64,000 bases of DNA from an uncultured Bacteroidales bacterium (GTDB lineage Bacteria > Bacteroidota > Bacteroidia > Bacteroidales > GCA-2748055). Positions 31,547 through 43,655 of the stretch are shown one piece after another. The stretch lies in the NCBI GenBank assembly GCA_963763215.1, contig CAVXNX010000023.1, positions 110,260-174,259 of the forward strand. Direction: 5' to 3'. A program made the translations under genes and the position numbers. The notes beneath the pieces are model-generated. The model worked only from the letters and a program-made list of their open reading frames with translations. It was not told where the DNA came from and searched no databases. The first letter of the stretch is position 1. Every line of letters starts with the position of its first letter.

Positions 31547-34180
31547 ATGAAGGCATTGAAAAGAACCCGCCGGATCCTGAACCGGTTCTTCATCGTTATC
31601 CTGATTGCAGCTGTTCTTTTCACGGCCGCCGGAATCCTCTTTACCAAACGTTATGGTGAGGAGATCAAGACCTTTACCATCAATCAGATCAACCGGCAGC
31701 TCGAAACAAAGATCAATGTTGGCCATATCGATTTTTCTTTTTTTTCACGCTTTCCCTATCTCAGCGTCGTTTTTACCGATGTCACCGCTTTGTCGGGGCC
31801 CGATTTCAGCCCCGGCGAATTTATCGGCACAGAGACCGACACCCTTTTCACGGCGCGGAAAATCTTCGTCCAGTTCAATGTCTTCGATATTCTTTTCCGG
31901 AAATACCATATCCGGAGAATATCTGCCTCCGACGGGAACCTGAACATGCTGGTCGATACCCGCGGCAATACCAACTTCAGGCTTCTCAAGCGGAAGGAAC
32001 CACGGGAATCCCGGTCGGCCGGCTTTGAACTCCAGGCCGTGAAGCTCGACAATTTTGACATCAGGTTCATCAATCTTGCCAAGAACATTCAATCCAGCGC
32101 CCTTATCAGGGAAGTGCTTTTCAAGGGGAAATTCTCCGAGCGTCATTTTTCGTTCGGAACCGTCACCTCTCTGAGCGGAGTGAATTTCACACGGGATGGG
32201 GTGCATTATGCCGATCATTTTGATGTGAACGCCCGGGTCATTTTTAACGTTAGTGATACCCTCGCCTCGGTTGAAAAAGGTGAAGTCAGCATCAATAACC
32301 TCCGGATGAATATTGACGGGAATTTCACCCTTAGCAAAATTTCGGAAATCGATCTCGAACTGGAAGGAAGGAACTTCGACCTGCATTCCCTTCAATCTGC
32401 CCTTCCGGAACCCCAAAGGGAAGCCATCCCCGTCGATGTGTATGGAAAAGGAGATCTCGCCTTCAGGCTGAACGGCAAATTTTCAAGGCTCGAGATGCCC
32501 TCCATCAGGGGCGTCTACCTCCTGAATGTCAGTAAAGCCAGGTATCACGACCGATTATTCCACAATATCAAGATCAAAGGTCAGTTTTCCAACGGGAAAC
32601 GACATAACCCGCTTTCCACCATCATCGATGTCGAACAGTACAGCATTGAGGAAGACCAGACAGCGCTGAACGGGCGGTTCCAGGTCAGGAACCTGAAACA
32701 GCCCTACATCCGGCTGACGATGAAAGGCGAGATTTCCCCGGGAACCATGAATACTTTTTTTTCGGCTGGTCAGGTGAATGATTTTACGGGAACACTCCAT
32801 CCGGATTTTGAGTTGGTTACACAGCTCAATTCATGGAAAGTTGAAAATGCGGAGAGAATCCTTTCTTCCGGGCTCAACGGGCGTCTGGGTTTTGAAGATT
32901 TTGGGTTTATCCTGCTTGGCAAATACCCTTTTTCCCATGTCAACGGAAACATCGATTTTTCCGGCGACACCTGGTACCCGTCGCTCAGCCTCAATTCAGG
33001 GCGAAGCTCCCTCGGGATGCGGCTGCAGGTCGTGCACATGTTTAATTATCTGATGGACAGGGCCAGTTCGATGTGGATCAGTGGGGATGTCGATGCCCGC
33101 AGGATCGATCTGACGCCGTTCATCCAGCCGGGCGACCAGGAAACGGGCATTTTTGCCTTTCCCGGCCGGGTCCACGCGCGACTCAATCTGAAAGTCGATT
33201 CACTGACGGCCGGAAAATTCGCTGCCTACGGCTCCGAGGCCTTTCTGCAATATAAACCGGGAATGGTTTCCGCCAATTCGGTGCATATGCATACCATGGA
33301 CGGCACGGTCGCCGGGAGCGCGGCTATTATCCAGGACAGCGACAAGAGCCTCTACCTCCGCACCCAGAATGATGTCACGCATTTGAACATCAAGACGATG
33401 TTCCACGATCTGAATAACTTCACACAGGATTTTATTGTATCGGAAAATCTTAAGGGATACCTGTCGGGTAACATCGATTTTGCCACCTCATTCGACAGTC
33501 TGCTGAACATGAGCAGCAAGGACACCGAGGCCGATGCCCGGATCGTGATCAGTTCCGGTGAGCTGATCAACTTCGGGCCCGTTGAAGAACTCTCCGATTA
33601 TGTGGCGCTCGAGGAACTCAAGCATATCCAGTTCTCCAAACTCCAGAATCATATTGTCATTCACAACCGCCAGGTGGTCATCCCGCAAATGGATATTCAA
33701 AGTTCAGCCTTCAACATGACCATTTCCGGCGTGCACCGGTTTGACAACCATTTTGACTATAAGCTGCAGGTGAACCTCTCCGAATTCCTGGCCGGCAAAG
33801 CCCGGAAAGCGAAAAAGGAAAATGAGGATTTCGGCGTCATTGAGCCAGACAGCCGGAGAACGAATTTGTATCTCACCATCTCGGGAACACCCGATGATTT
33901 TAAGGTCAGGTATGATAAAAAAGAAGCCATCGTCAATATCCGGGAGGATATCCATGAGGAAAAGAGCCGGCTGAAAAATATTCTCAATGAAGAGTTTGGC
34001 TGGTTCAGGAAAGATACCCTTAAAAACAAGGGAACCAGGACCACTGACGATCCGAAATTTATCCTGGACTGGGGAGAGGACCAACCGGCCGACACTGCGC
34101 TTACCGGCGGAGGGAAGAAGAAATCAGGCCAGACGGAGAAAAAGAAATTCAGGATCGAATGGGACGAGGATGATCATTGA
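31547..34180 (+). CDS. AsmA-family outer-membrane biogenesis protein
   Basis: Intact 877-aa ORF with an N-terminal anchor RFFIVILIAAVLFTAAGILF, a long beta-rich body and a Lys/Glu-rich tail. This is the AsmA-like architecture. Confidence 0.75.
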   Translation: MKALKRTRRILNRFFIVILIAAVLFTAAGILFTKRYGEEIKTFTINQINRQLETKINVGHIDFSFFSRFPYLSVVFTDVTALSGPDFSPGEFIGTETDTLFTARKIFVQFNVFDILFRKYHIRRISASDGNLNMLVDTRGNTNFRLLKRKEPRESRSAGFELQAVKLDNFDIRFINLAKNIQSSALIREVLFKGKFSERHFSFGTVTSLSGVNFTRDGVHYADHFDVNARVIFNVSDTLASVEKGEVSINNLRMNIDGNFTLSKISEIDLELEGRNFDLHSLQSALPEPQREAIPVDVYGKGDLAFRLNGKFSRLEMPSIRGVYLLNVSKARYHDRLFHNIKIKGQFSNGKRHNPLSTIIDVEQYSIEEDQTALNGRFQVRNLKQPYIRLTMKGEISPGTMNTFFSAGQVNDFTGTLHPDFELVTQLNSWKVENAERILSSGLNGRLGFEDFGFILLGKYPFSHVNGNIDFSGDTWYPSLSLNSGRSSLGMRLQVVHMFNYLMDRASSMWISGDVDARRIDLTPFIQPGDQETGIFAFPGRVHARLNLKVDSLTAGKFAAYGSEAFLQYKPGMVSANSVHMHTMDGTVAGSAAIIQDSDKSLYLRTQNDVTHLNIKTMFHDLNNFTQDFIVSENLKGYLSGNIDFATSFDSLLNMSSKDTEADARIVISSGELINFGPVEELSDYVALEELKHIQFSKLQNHIVIHNRQVVIPQMDIQSSAFNMTISGVHRFDNHFDYKLQVNLSEFLAGKARKAKKENEDFGVIEPDSRRTNLYLTISGTPDDFKVRYDKKEAIVNIREDIHEEKSRLKNILNEEFGWFRKDTLKNKGTRTTDDPKFILDWGEDQPADTALTGGGKKKSGQTEKKKFRIEWDEDDH

Positions 34181-34181
34181 G

Positions 34182-34243
34182 TCGGAAGTCGGAAGTCGGA
34201 AGTTGGAAGTTGGAAGTTGGAAGTTGGAAGTTGGAAGTCGGAC
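34182..34243. repeat. Heptanucleotide tandem repeat TYGGAAG, 8 units plus a partial
   Basis: It starts 2 nt after the asmA-family stop: TCGGAAG x3, TTGGAAG x5, then TCGGAC. Confidence 0.9.
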
Positions 34244-34274
34244 TGATTAAATACAAAATGTTAAAATTTTCACC

Positions 34275-35426
34275 GTGAATATTTACGAACAAAAGCAACG
34301 CTGGAAACTGTTTCTGTTTGCCGGTGCGATCCTGATCGGTGTCGGTTCCCTTGTTTACACCAACCGCCTGGTCAAAGCCCTCTCCACCCAGGAAAGGAAT
34401 AAAATTCAGCTCTGGGCAGAGGCCGTCCGTGTCCTGGACCGGGCCGAACCCGACAAATCGGACCTGAGTTTTCCCCTTTCGGTCATTGAGAATAACACCA
34501 CCGTACCGGTTGTGCTGACCGACAGCTCCGGGAATATCATCACCTACAGGAACCTGGATTCCTTGAAGGTCGAACATCCGGGTTACCTGGAAAACCAGGT
34601 CGCAAAAATGAAGGAAGAACACGACAGCATCATCATCAACCTGATGAACGGCGATAAAAATTTCATTTACTACCGCGATTCCATTCTCCTGACCCGGCTT
34701 TTTTATTTTCCGTTTATCCAGCTCGGTGTCATCGTCTTATTCATCCTCGTTTCCTATTTTGCATTCAGTTCATCGAGGAAAGCCGAACAGAACAAGGTCT
34801 GGGTGGGTCTTTCCAAGGAAACCGCCCACCAGTTGGGTACTCCGACCTCTTCGCTGTTTGCCTGGGTCGAACTTTTGAAAAGCGGGAACAGGTCGCCGGA
34901 AACGATTGCTGAACTTGAAAAGGATGTGAAAAGGCTCGAGAAGATCACCGAGCGTTTTTCCAAGATCGGATCACGGCCGTCACTGACTCCGACCAACATC
35001 GAGATGGTGCTGCAGAATTCCATCACATATCTGAAGAGACGCAGTTCCGGGAAGATAAAATTCGAGCTGGAAATGCCCGGTCATGAAGTCCTCGTTCCGC
35101 TCAATGAATCCTTGTTCGAATGGGTCATCGAGAATGTCTGCAAAAATGCCATCGATGCGATGAATGGGGCCGGTCGTATCCGGATCACGGTTAAAGATTT
35201 ACCCAGGGTGGTCCATATCGACATTTCGGATACCGGCAAAGGGATACCGAAGTCGAAATTCAAGACCATTTTCAAGCCGGGTTATACCACCAAAAAGCGC
35301 GGATGGGGCCTCGGGCTCTCCCTTTCACGAAGGATCGTGGAATTCTACCATAACGGGAAGATTTTTGTATTGAGTTCCGAACTGAATGCCGGCACGACAT
35401 TCCGGATCACCCTGAAACGAACCTGA
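34275..35426 (+). CDS. Membrane sensor histidine kinase
   Basis: Two TM segments, an H-box region ETAHQLGTPTSSL, and HATPase_c motifs NAIDAM, DTGKGIP, GWGLGLSL. The start codon is GTG. Confidence 0.85.
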   Translation: MNIYEQKQRWKLFLFAGAILIGVGSLVYTNRLVKALSTQERNKIQLWAEAVRVLDRAEPDKSDLSFPLSVIENNTTVPVVLTDSSGNIITYRNLDSLKVEHPGYLENQVAKMKEEHDSIIINLMNGDKNFIYYRDSILLTRLFYFPFIQLGVIVLFILVSYFAFSSSRKAEQNKVWVGLSKETAHQLGTPTSSLFAWVELLKSGNRSPETIAELEKDVKRLEKITERFSKIGSRPSLTPTNIEMVLQNSITYLKRRSSGKIKFELEMPGHEVLVPLNESLFEWVIENVCKNAIDAMNGAGRIRITVKDLPRVVHIDISDTGKGIPKSKFKTIFKPGYTTKKRGWGLGLSLSRRIVEFYHNGKIFVLSSELNAGTTFRITLKRT

Positions 35427-35464
35427 GATCCTGACCTGTCTGAAAAATTCATTAATTTTGCCAG

Positions 35465-36728
35465 ATGGACTATAAACGGAAAGATATTGAGATCATGGCG
35501 CCGGCCGGTTCCTTTGAATCGCTGATGGCAGCCATCCAGGGGGGTGCAGATTCGGTTTATTTCGGCATCGAACACCTCAACATGCGTTCGAGGTCGGCTT
35601 ACAATTTTACCCGGCAGGACCTTCCGGAAATCATGTCCATCGCCAGGAAGAACGGCCTGAAAACCTATCTCACCGTCAACACGGTGATCTACAATCACGA
35701 GCTGGGCCTCGTCCGGGAAATCGTCGATTTGGCCAAAGCTGAAGGCATCGATGCAATCATTGCCTCCGACCCGGCCGTTTTGCAGTATGCTCATCAATGT
35801 GGCATTGAAGTGCATCTTTCAACCCAACTGAATATCAGTAATCTGGAATCACTGAAATTCTACTCGGCTTTTGCCGATGTGGCTGTACTGGCCCGGGAAC
35901 TCGATCTGGGGCAGGTATCGGAAATTTCCCGGGGTATAGGGCTCGAAGCGATCACGGGTCCGTCGGGAAAACCGGTGCGGCTGGAAATGTTTATCCATGG
36001 CGCCTTGTGCATGGCCATCTCAGGAAAATGTTACCTGAGCCTGCATGAGCATAACCATTCGGCTAACCGGGGCGATTGTTTCCAGGTTTGCCGCCGTTCA
36101 TATATGGTCACAGACAAGGAAAAGGGGAATGAACTGGAGATCGACAATGCATACATCATGTCACCCAAGGACCTTTCAACGATCCATTTTTTGAACAAGA
36201 TCCTGGATGCCGGGGTGCAGATCCTGAAAATTGAAGGAAGGGCCCGTCCGCCTGAGTATGTCAGGACCGTGACGGAATGTTACAATGAAGCGGTGAATGC
36301 CATTATTGACGGCAGCTTATACGCCCGCTCGTATCCACGAATGGAATGAACGGCTTTCCACCGTTTTTAACCGCGGTTTCTGGGATGGTTACTACCTGGG
36401 TCAGCGGCTGGGGGAATGGAGCGATGTTTACGGTTCCCGGGCCACCCGGCGAAAGATCTACACCGGGAAAGGGAACAATTATTTTGACAGGATCCGGGTG
36501 GCGGAATTTCTGATCGAAGCCGGCGAACTCCATACGGGCGATGAAATCCTGATCACCGGACCTACCACAGGTGTCATCCGGACAACGGTCAGGGAAATCC
36601 GGGTGGATGATAAAAAAACCGACATGGCAGTCAAGGGAGACCGCTGTTCCGTGCCGGTCGATGAGGTCGTCAGGCGGTCCGACAAGCTCTACCGGCTCGT
36701 TCCACCGTCGATGGTCAAACTTCAGTAA
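35465..36728 (+). pseudogene. Peptidase U32 family protein, one frame break near 36300-36350
   Basis: MAPAGSFESLMAAIQGGADSVYFG, CMAISGKCYLS and KIEGRARPPEYV in 35465..36349. The C-terminal domain continues in 36297..36728. Confidence 0.85.
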
Positions 36729-37482
36729 GCCACTTCGAGCCGTTCCATGACCGTGATGTACTTTTTCCTGATTATCCGGAGTTTCTCCAGGTTGGTCTCG
36801 CGGGAATAGATCCTGGCCACATCGAGGATTTCCTTAGTGTAGATGGCCCCCAGGGCCGCATCAAAGTTTGCCAGTTGTTTATCGATGTTGTTCCGGACCC
36901 GCTGCGTGATCTGCACAAACATCTGCCAGTTGACCTGCCTCGGCAGAGTAACATAGAACATCGACAGGTCATCGAGATCCTTATAAATGCCTTCTTCCAC
37001 GTCGTTCAATGTTAAAGAATTTTTTCAGTTGAATGACCCCTTTGGCATTGATCAGTGCGTTTTTTCATGAATTTGATCCCTTCAGAGAAGAAACAATTCT
37101 GAAGTTCTTCGAGCAATTCATAGCTTTCCAGTTCCCGGATCCGGATGCAAGGCAAATCTTCATTATGAATGCAAATGACCCCGGGGACGGCATCGAACTG
37201 GGATTCGAAATAGGTTTTGATGTTCTGGTTGATGCGCAGGAGATGCTCCGTGGAATATTTTTCCCGGGTGATGAGGAAGATCGAGATCGGTTTGGAATCG
37301 GTGGGGAGGTTCATCCCGTGATACCCCGGATAGGGTTCTTCCATATCAAGGACGAAGGTATTGGCCATGATATGACTCTCCAGGGTAAATAAGGATTCAA
37401 GCTTGGCAATGCCCCCGATGGTCTGAATGATGGTTCTTGTTTCCATTTTTATGTTGGATTGTGTTCGTTCTGCTGGTGCCAT
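36722..37482 (-). pseudogene. Hypothetical cytoplasmic protein, two frame breaks at T6 runs
   Basis: ORFs 37012..37482 and 36722..37009 are joined by my translation KNALINAKGVIQLKKFF in a third frame. The breaks coincide with T6 runs at 37060-37065 and 37020-37025. No family recognised. Confidence 0.45.
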
Positions 37483-37673
37483 TCTGTTTTGTTTCCACCG
37501 TGTTCTTCCTCCAGGGGGTGTTTTGTCGGTGGGGGGATGCCAGGTTTACCGGCCGGCTCGTTGAAATCTGCAGCATTCCCCCGGGAAAAATACAGGTTTA
37601 GTGATTAGTTAAACTGAAAATTATCCCCGATTGTTCAATGCGCTTCCAAAGAGGAGAGGGTCGAAGCCGGCGA

Positions 37674-38637
37674 TCACTGCGGTGAAGTGCGCAGGATCAG
37701 GTTATCCAGCCAGAATGTCTGGTCCACCGGAGAGCCGTCGCCGATATAAGGGGCGATCACAAACTGGTTGAATTTCATGTCTGGGTGCGTGCCCGTGCGC
37801 ATCACGGCATTCTGAACGTCGAAGACCGTTTCGCCGTCGAACCGGTAACGAATGACGCCATCGGCAATGCCTTTCCCATCTTTAATGCTGTTGAGTTTGA
37901 AATAGGCTTCGACATGATGCCAGGCGTTTTTATCGTATTTCCCCGGATTGTCGGTGTACCAGGCTTTTTTGGCCCGCCAGGTCTTTCCGTTCCAGTACTT
38001 CCCGTCACGGGGGTAGCAGTCGCCGTCACCATAACCGTCGCTGTCGCCATTGCACCCGGCCACCGACCTGTTCTCGGTAACGGCGGTCAGATCTTCCCTG
38101 ACCCGCGACTGATCGACGTTGGCTCCGTCCTGAATGGACATCTGGGGAAATCCTTCGTTTTCTTCGATATAGGCCGTCAGGTGGGTGAAGGCCAGGTTGC
38201 TGTATGAATCATCCTCCGTGGTGAGAAGATGGAACTCATGGGGATGGTAGGGACGGTTGGAGCCCGTCCAGCTTTCGCTGTGTTTGATATCGTAACTGAC
38301 GTACACGCCAACGGAAGGAGTGAAAAGGTGGCGCATCGCTGCTCCCGAAACAGGGGTTACGGCCCCCAAGGGGAAATGGAATTCAGCCGAGGCCCGGCTT
38401 CCCTTTACATGTTCCTTTTCACTGATCATGATGCGGGTGTTGTCGTACCATCCCCGCGATGAAATGGCCGGTATCCTCGAAGGTCTCCTCAAAAAGGAGC
38501 CCTTGCGGCGCGATGGGTTGTTTTTCGTTTCGGGCCTGCTCGCCGTGAAGGTGAGCGTTTCCGGCCCGGAGCAGGGGGACTGCCAGGAGCAGGACAAGGA
38601 GCCCTGCGGGAATCAGGATGATGATATTTTTCTTCAT
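37674..38637 (-). pseudogene. Secreted protein, possibly a concanavalin-like / polysaccharide-lyase-like fold, one frame break
   Basis: Signal MKKNIIILIPAGLLVLLLAV (38419..38637) joins 37674..38597 in another frame. The functional label is tentative and rests only on general composition and the terminal FWLDNLILR. Confidence 0.4.
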
Positions 38638-38742
38638 ATCTGTATGCTATTTCTGAATGATGGTCTCCGAAACGGTTTGCCATGACCGGTACCTTTTCTG
38701 GATGCCGAAATATAACAAAAAATGTCCGGATGTTGAATTTTA

Positions 38743-39810
38743 TTACCGGGAAGCTGATCCGGCCCGGGACAGTTCTTCAGAGGAGATTTTTTTCCGGCAG
38801 TAACCGATAACGAGGGCGGCATTTTCCTGTTCCGACAGCGTGCCGGTGTGAAGATGGTGAAGGATCCCGGCCGGTCGGGTGGAGAGACCGTACAGATAGC
38901 TCTTGTCGTAGTAGCGGAGGGTGATTTCCGCGACCTCATGCAAGTTTCCGGTTTCAATGCCGCGAATGGCGCGTTTGGCATTGTCGCCCCCGATTCTCCT
39001 GGAAAGGTGTTCAAGGCATGCGATCAGCTCATCCGGTGAATACGAACCGTAGTCCCTGACCAGCCTTTCTGCCCTGAGGTTTCGGGCCATATTCAGGACG
39101 ATGACAGGACTGTTACGCATCCGGTTGAAAAATTCGCCGGGAAGAATGACTTTGCCGATATTCCGGCTTTCATCCTCGACCCACAGGGGACGTTCCGGGT
39201 TCACGCTCGCCAGTTCGTGGAAGAGATTGTTTTCGAACTGTTCGGTGGTGGGCTGCTCCCCTTCTCCCAGGCTGCCGAATGCCGAACCTTTATGATTTGC
39301 CAGGCCTTCAAGGTCGAGCGACTGGTATCCCCGGGCGGCGAGCTCCCGGATGATGCCGGTCTTTCCGGAACCGGTCATTCCTCCCAGGACCAGGAGAGGC
39401 CATGGTTTTGCGAAGGACATCCGGAGATTCCGACGGAACGTTTTATAGCCTCCTTCGAGAACCTCACATTCCAGTCCCGACTGCTCGAAAAGCCAGGCCA
39501 TCGCCCCGCTGCGCATCCCGCCCCGCCAGCAATGAATGAGAAGTTTCCCTCCCCGTTGCAGGCCTGAAGCCCTTTCCGTGAACTCTGCGATCTTAACCCC
39601 GGCCAGTTCAAAGCCCTTGATGATGGCCTCTTTTCGTCCCTTTTCTGTATAGATCCGGCCGACTATATGCCGTTCTTCATTGCTGAAAAGCGGGATATTC
39701 ACGGCGCCGGTGATATGGCCCTGGGCATATTCGGCCGGCGACCGGACATCGACAACGGGAATGTCGCGTGAACGTTCAAGAAACCGTTCAACCGTCACCG
39801 GTTTTTTCAT
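38743..39810 (-). CDS. mnmH: tRNA 2-selenouridine synthase
   Basis: Rhodanese part VVDVRSPAEYAQGHITGAVNIP with the active site HCWRGGMRS, then the P-loop LGGMTGSGKT. Intact 355 aa. Confidence 0.85.
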   Translation of the reverse strand: MKKPVTVERFLERSRDIPVVDVRSPAEYAQGHITGAVNIPLFSNEERHIVGRIYTEKGRKEAIIKGFELAGVKIAEFTERASGLQRGGKLLIHCWRGGMRSGAMAWLFEQSGLECEVLEGGYKTFRRNLRMSFAKPWPLLVLGGMTGSGKTGIIRELAARGYQSLDLEGLANHKGSAFGSLGEGEQPTTEQFENNLFHELASVNPERPLWVEDESRNIGKVILPGEFFNRMRNSPVIVLNMARNLRAERLVRDYGSYSPDELIACLEHLSRRIGGDNAKRAIRGIETGNLHEVAEITLRYYDKSYLYGLSTRPAGILHHLHTGTLSEQENAALVIGYCRKKISSEELSRAGSASR

Positions 39811-39828
39811 GGATTTTCCGGGATGAAG

Positions 39829-40596
39829 TTAACGTTCAAAGAGATTTCCCAGGATGGAATTGTCTTCTTTCCCCCTGTTCTTTCCATAGGGAGAGAGCGC
39901 CCGGATCAATTTCCGTATCGGCATGGACTGCAACCATACCCTGCCTGTGCCGCTGATCGTTGCCAGGAAAAGCCCTTCGCCGCCGAACACCATGGAACGA
40001 AGGCTTCCGGTGGTCTCGACATCGAAATCCAGGCTGGGCTCGAAGGCGACGACACAGCCGGTATCAATCCGGAGTGTGTCGTGGCTGAGGTACTTCTCGA
40101 TCACCGTTCCCCCGGCATGGACGAAGACTTTGCCGTCACCTTCCAGGGACTGCAAAATAAAGCCTTCACCCCCGACGAGACCGGCACCGAGGCGCCGGTT
40201 AAAGGTCACCGACAGTTTCGTCCCGAGAGCGGCACACAGAAATCCGTCCTTTTGCACGATCATCCGCCCACCGGCATCGGCAAGGTTAATGGGAATGACG
40301 GTTCCCGGGTAAGGCGCGGAGAAGGCAACCCGCCGTTTCCCCATGCCCCGGTTGGTGAAATGGGTCAGGAAGAGTGATTCCCCGGTCAGCAACCGGGCTC
40401 CGGCTGAAAATACCTTGTCCATGAAACCCTGATTGGGGGAGGATCCGTCGCCCATCTTCACCTCGAATTCAATTCCCGACTCCATGTAAACCATGGAACC
40501 GGCTTCTGCAATCACGGTTTCACCGGGGTCCAGTTCAATTTCCACAAGCTGGATATCGTCGCCGATAATCTTGTAGTCAATTTCATGTGATGTCAT
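39829..40596 (-). CDS. AIM24 / TIGR00266 family protein
   Basis: [38 protein letters not shown], and a C-terminal LIRALSPYG region. Typical of the family as I recall it. Start chosen at the internal Met. Confidence 0.75.
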   Translation of the reverse strand: MTSHEIDYKIIGDDIQLVEIELDPGETVIAEAGSMVYMESGIEFEVKMGDGSSPNQGFMDKVFSAGARLLTGESLFLTHFTNRGMGKRRVAFSAPYPGTVIPINLADAGGRMIVQKDGFLCAALGTKLSVTFNRRLGAGLVGGEGFILQSLEGDGKVFVHAGGTVIEKYLSHDTLRIDTGCVVAFEPSLDFDVETTGSLRSMVFGGEGLFLATISGTGRVWLQSMPIRKLIRALSPYGKNRGKEDNSILGNLFER

Positions 40597-40708
40597 GATA
40601 TATGCGCTTTTAAGGGTTCTGACATTGGAAAAATTTTCGCTGTCCAAGGTACGAACTTTGGAAGATAAAACATAAAAACGCCGGGGTGAGGGAATTATTA
40701 CCGGAGGT

Positions 40709-43552
40709 TCAGAGGGATTCGGAATACCATTTGATCAGGAGATGCTTGATGGTTTCCACCTTGATGGGTTTCACAACAAAGTCATTCATTCCGGCAGCGA
40801 AGGCTTCTTCTTTCTTTTCCCGGTCGTCATTGCCCGTCATGGCGATAATGGTGATGTTGTTTCCGCTGTTCCGGATCTCCTGGCTGGCGGTGAGACCGTC
40901 TTTTACGGGCATCAGGAGGTCCATGAGGATCAGATCATAGTTTTTCAGGGCCATCATGTCGATCACTTCCTGGCCGTCCCGGGCGATATCGATTTCGTAG
41001 CCGAGGTGTTTGAAGATGGTCTGGATCACCCGCTGGTTGATGATGTTGTCGTCGGCCGCAAGGATCCGGAGATTCGGCCTGATCTTGTTGATGCCGGCCG
41101 TGATGCTCTTCTCTTCCACTATCCCCGGGAAGAGATCGCGCAGGATACCGAAAATTTCATTGCTGTCGTATGGCTGGATGAGGTAGTAATCGATGCCGAG
41201 GTTGCGGGCTTTCAGGTAATTCCCGTGCTGATCGTTGGATGAGATCATGATGACGGGAAAATCGAATAATCAATCCGCTTTCCTTCAGCTGCAAGGCCAT
41301 TCCGAACCCGTCATGGCGGGGCTTGTCCTTGATGATGATCATCTGGTAAAGATTTCTCTTCTGACCGATATGGTAGATGATGCTGTCGATGGTGTTATCT
41401 TCATAGAGTCCGGTGGCTGTAATTAATGCCGAAGCTGTCGAGGACATGGTGGATTTTGTCCGAATCATCCTTCTTTTTCGTGAGGATGAGTGCGGTGATC
41501 TGCTGGTAGTGATGAAGGGAGGAATAATCGAATTTCTTCCTGGCTTTTTCATCGGAATGGACCTCCGTGGTAAAACAGAACCGTGCACCGGGATATTTGG
41601 GATCGGTGGAGATGGATGAAGGGCTTTCCACCCAGATCTCCCCGTTCATCATTTCGACCAGCTGTTTCGATATGGACGTGCCGAGTCCTGTTCCGCCGTA
41701 TTTACTGGAAGTCGATTCCCGTCCCTGTTGGAAGGAACTGAAAATCGTGCTGATTTCCTCCTTTTTCAGACCGATGCCCGTGTCTTCCACATAAAACATC
41801 AGGCTGAGCGCGGAATTGTATTTCTCCATCAACTCAACGCTGATCGCGGATCATCCCTTCTTCCGTGAATTTGATGGCATTGCTGAGCAGGTTGGAAATG
41901 ACCTGCCTAAGCCGGAACGGATCCCCGATCAGATGGTCCGGGATCTCCGGTTTAATGGTTGCCCGGATCGAAAGGCCTTTATTTTCAGCCAGCGGCTTGA
42001 AAAGTCCGTGGCAATGTTGATCTCTTCACTCAGACTGAAGGGGATCTCCTCCAGCATCATTTTTCCTGCTTCGATTTTTGAAAAATCCAGGATATCGTTG
42101 ATGATATTCATCAGAAGCTCCGATGATTTACGGATGACCCTGACTTCTTCTTTCTGGTCAGGGGGAAGGTCTGCCCTGATCAGGCTGTCGGTCATTCCGA
42201 TGATCCCGTTCATGGGGGTCCGGATCTCATGACTCATCCTGGCCAGGAAGTCGGATTTGGCCTGGTTGGCTGCAGCTTCCTGCTTGCGGGATTTTTCCAG
42301 CGGGGAGACATCGATGAGCGCTGAAATGGTCAACACCTCACCCGCGATATGTGTCACCACGTCACGCCGGTAAATGACCACTTCATTGCCGTCCTTGACA
42401 TAATGAATAAAGTGGTTGGAATCGAACGGCGAGGAGTGGATGTCCTTCAAAAGGTAATTATTGGAGATGAGAAACTGGTCCTCAAAGTGTTTACCGACCA
42501 GGTCATCATCCCGGTCGAGGAAAAGCATTTTCTGAGCTGTCCGGTTGATGTTGAGGATGATCCCTTTCTTGTCGAGGATCATGATCCCGACGGGAAACTG
42601 TTCGGTGATCATGCGAATTTCGATCAGCTGCTGTTTCAGCGAAACTTCTTTGGTTTTGCTCTTCCGGATGACAGATAAGCAGGAAGATGATCAGGGCCAC
42701 CACGATCATGAAACTTCCGATACCCAGGATGAGGTTCCGGCCGACAAAAATACTGAGGAGTTGTCCGGAATTCATGGTAAAAACGATACCCAGGTCATGT
42801 TTGATGATGCTCAGGGGATAATAAGCTGAAGTGATCTCGTAATCCACGCCGTTCTTCAAAAGGGTTTGGTGAATGATTCCCTCTCTCTCCGTAGAGAGGC
42901 TGTCGGCAAGGACATCGAGTCCTTTGATGGTCACACTGTCGTTGTTGTTGGAAAAAACGATCTTCCCGTCCGTATTGATCAGCCATTGCCACTGAATGTC
43001 CTGGACACGGTACAGGCTGAAGATATAGGACAGGTACTTCTGGAAGTTTATTTCGACAACGATATTGCCTACAATCTGGTTATTGCTGAAATAGGGGAAA
43101 TAACTCAGGTAGTATCCATTTTTTTCGGTGATGATTTCGCGCGGTTCAAGTTCGTTGTTTTTCTGGCGTGAAAATGTATCAACCACAAAGTCGTCGTAGT
43201 CATTGATATAGATTCCGAGATAGCGGTTTTTGTTATCGTGAACGGAAATGTTGGTGATCAGGTCGCGGTATTTGGCATAAAAACTTTCCAGGTCGCGGGT
43301 GACCAGGTACATGACCTGTTTGTCCTGAAAGATACTGTGCATGTCGCCGACATATTTAAAAATGATCCGGTTCAGGTCACTTTCATAATTGGAAACGGTA
43401 CGTTCAACATGGTTTCCACAGAGCTGGGTCTGGTGAAGGAGAATATTACTCTGAAAAGCCAGCTGGGAGTTGCGGATCTGGCTGAAAAAATAAATGTTGA
43501 GGCCAATGACAACGGCCAGGACAATAACGACAATGAGATAAATACGTTTCAT
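40709..43552 (-). pseudogene. Hybrid sensor histidine kinase / response regulator, several frame breaks
   Basis: Colinear pieces: TM plus extracytoplasmic sensor (42506..43552), PAS plus HisKA with [13 protein letters not shown] (41929..42612), HATPase with GTGLGTSISKQLVEMMNG (41401..41832), receiver with LILMDLLMPVKDG (40709..41248). Confidence 0.8.
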
Positions 43553-43655
43553 CAGGCTGACGGGAAAAAATTCAGGTATCTTGGGTGACGTATTGAATGT
43601 GATCGTTTTTGTATTTCAAGATGAATACGGAAAAGGCTTTCAAAGGTTCCTGTTC

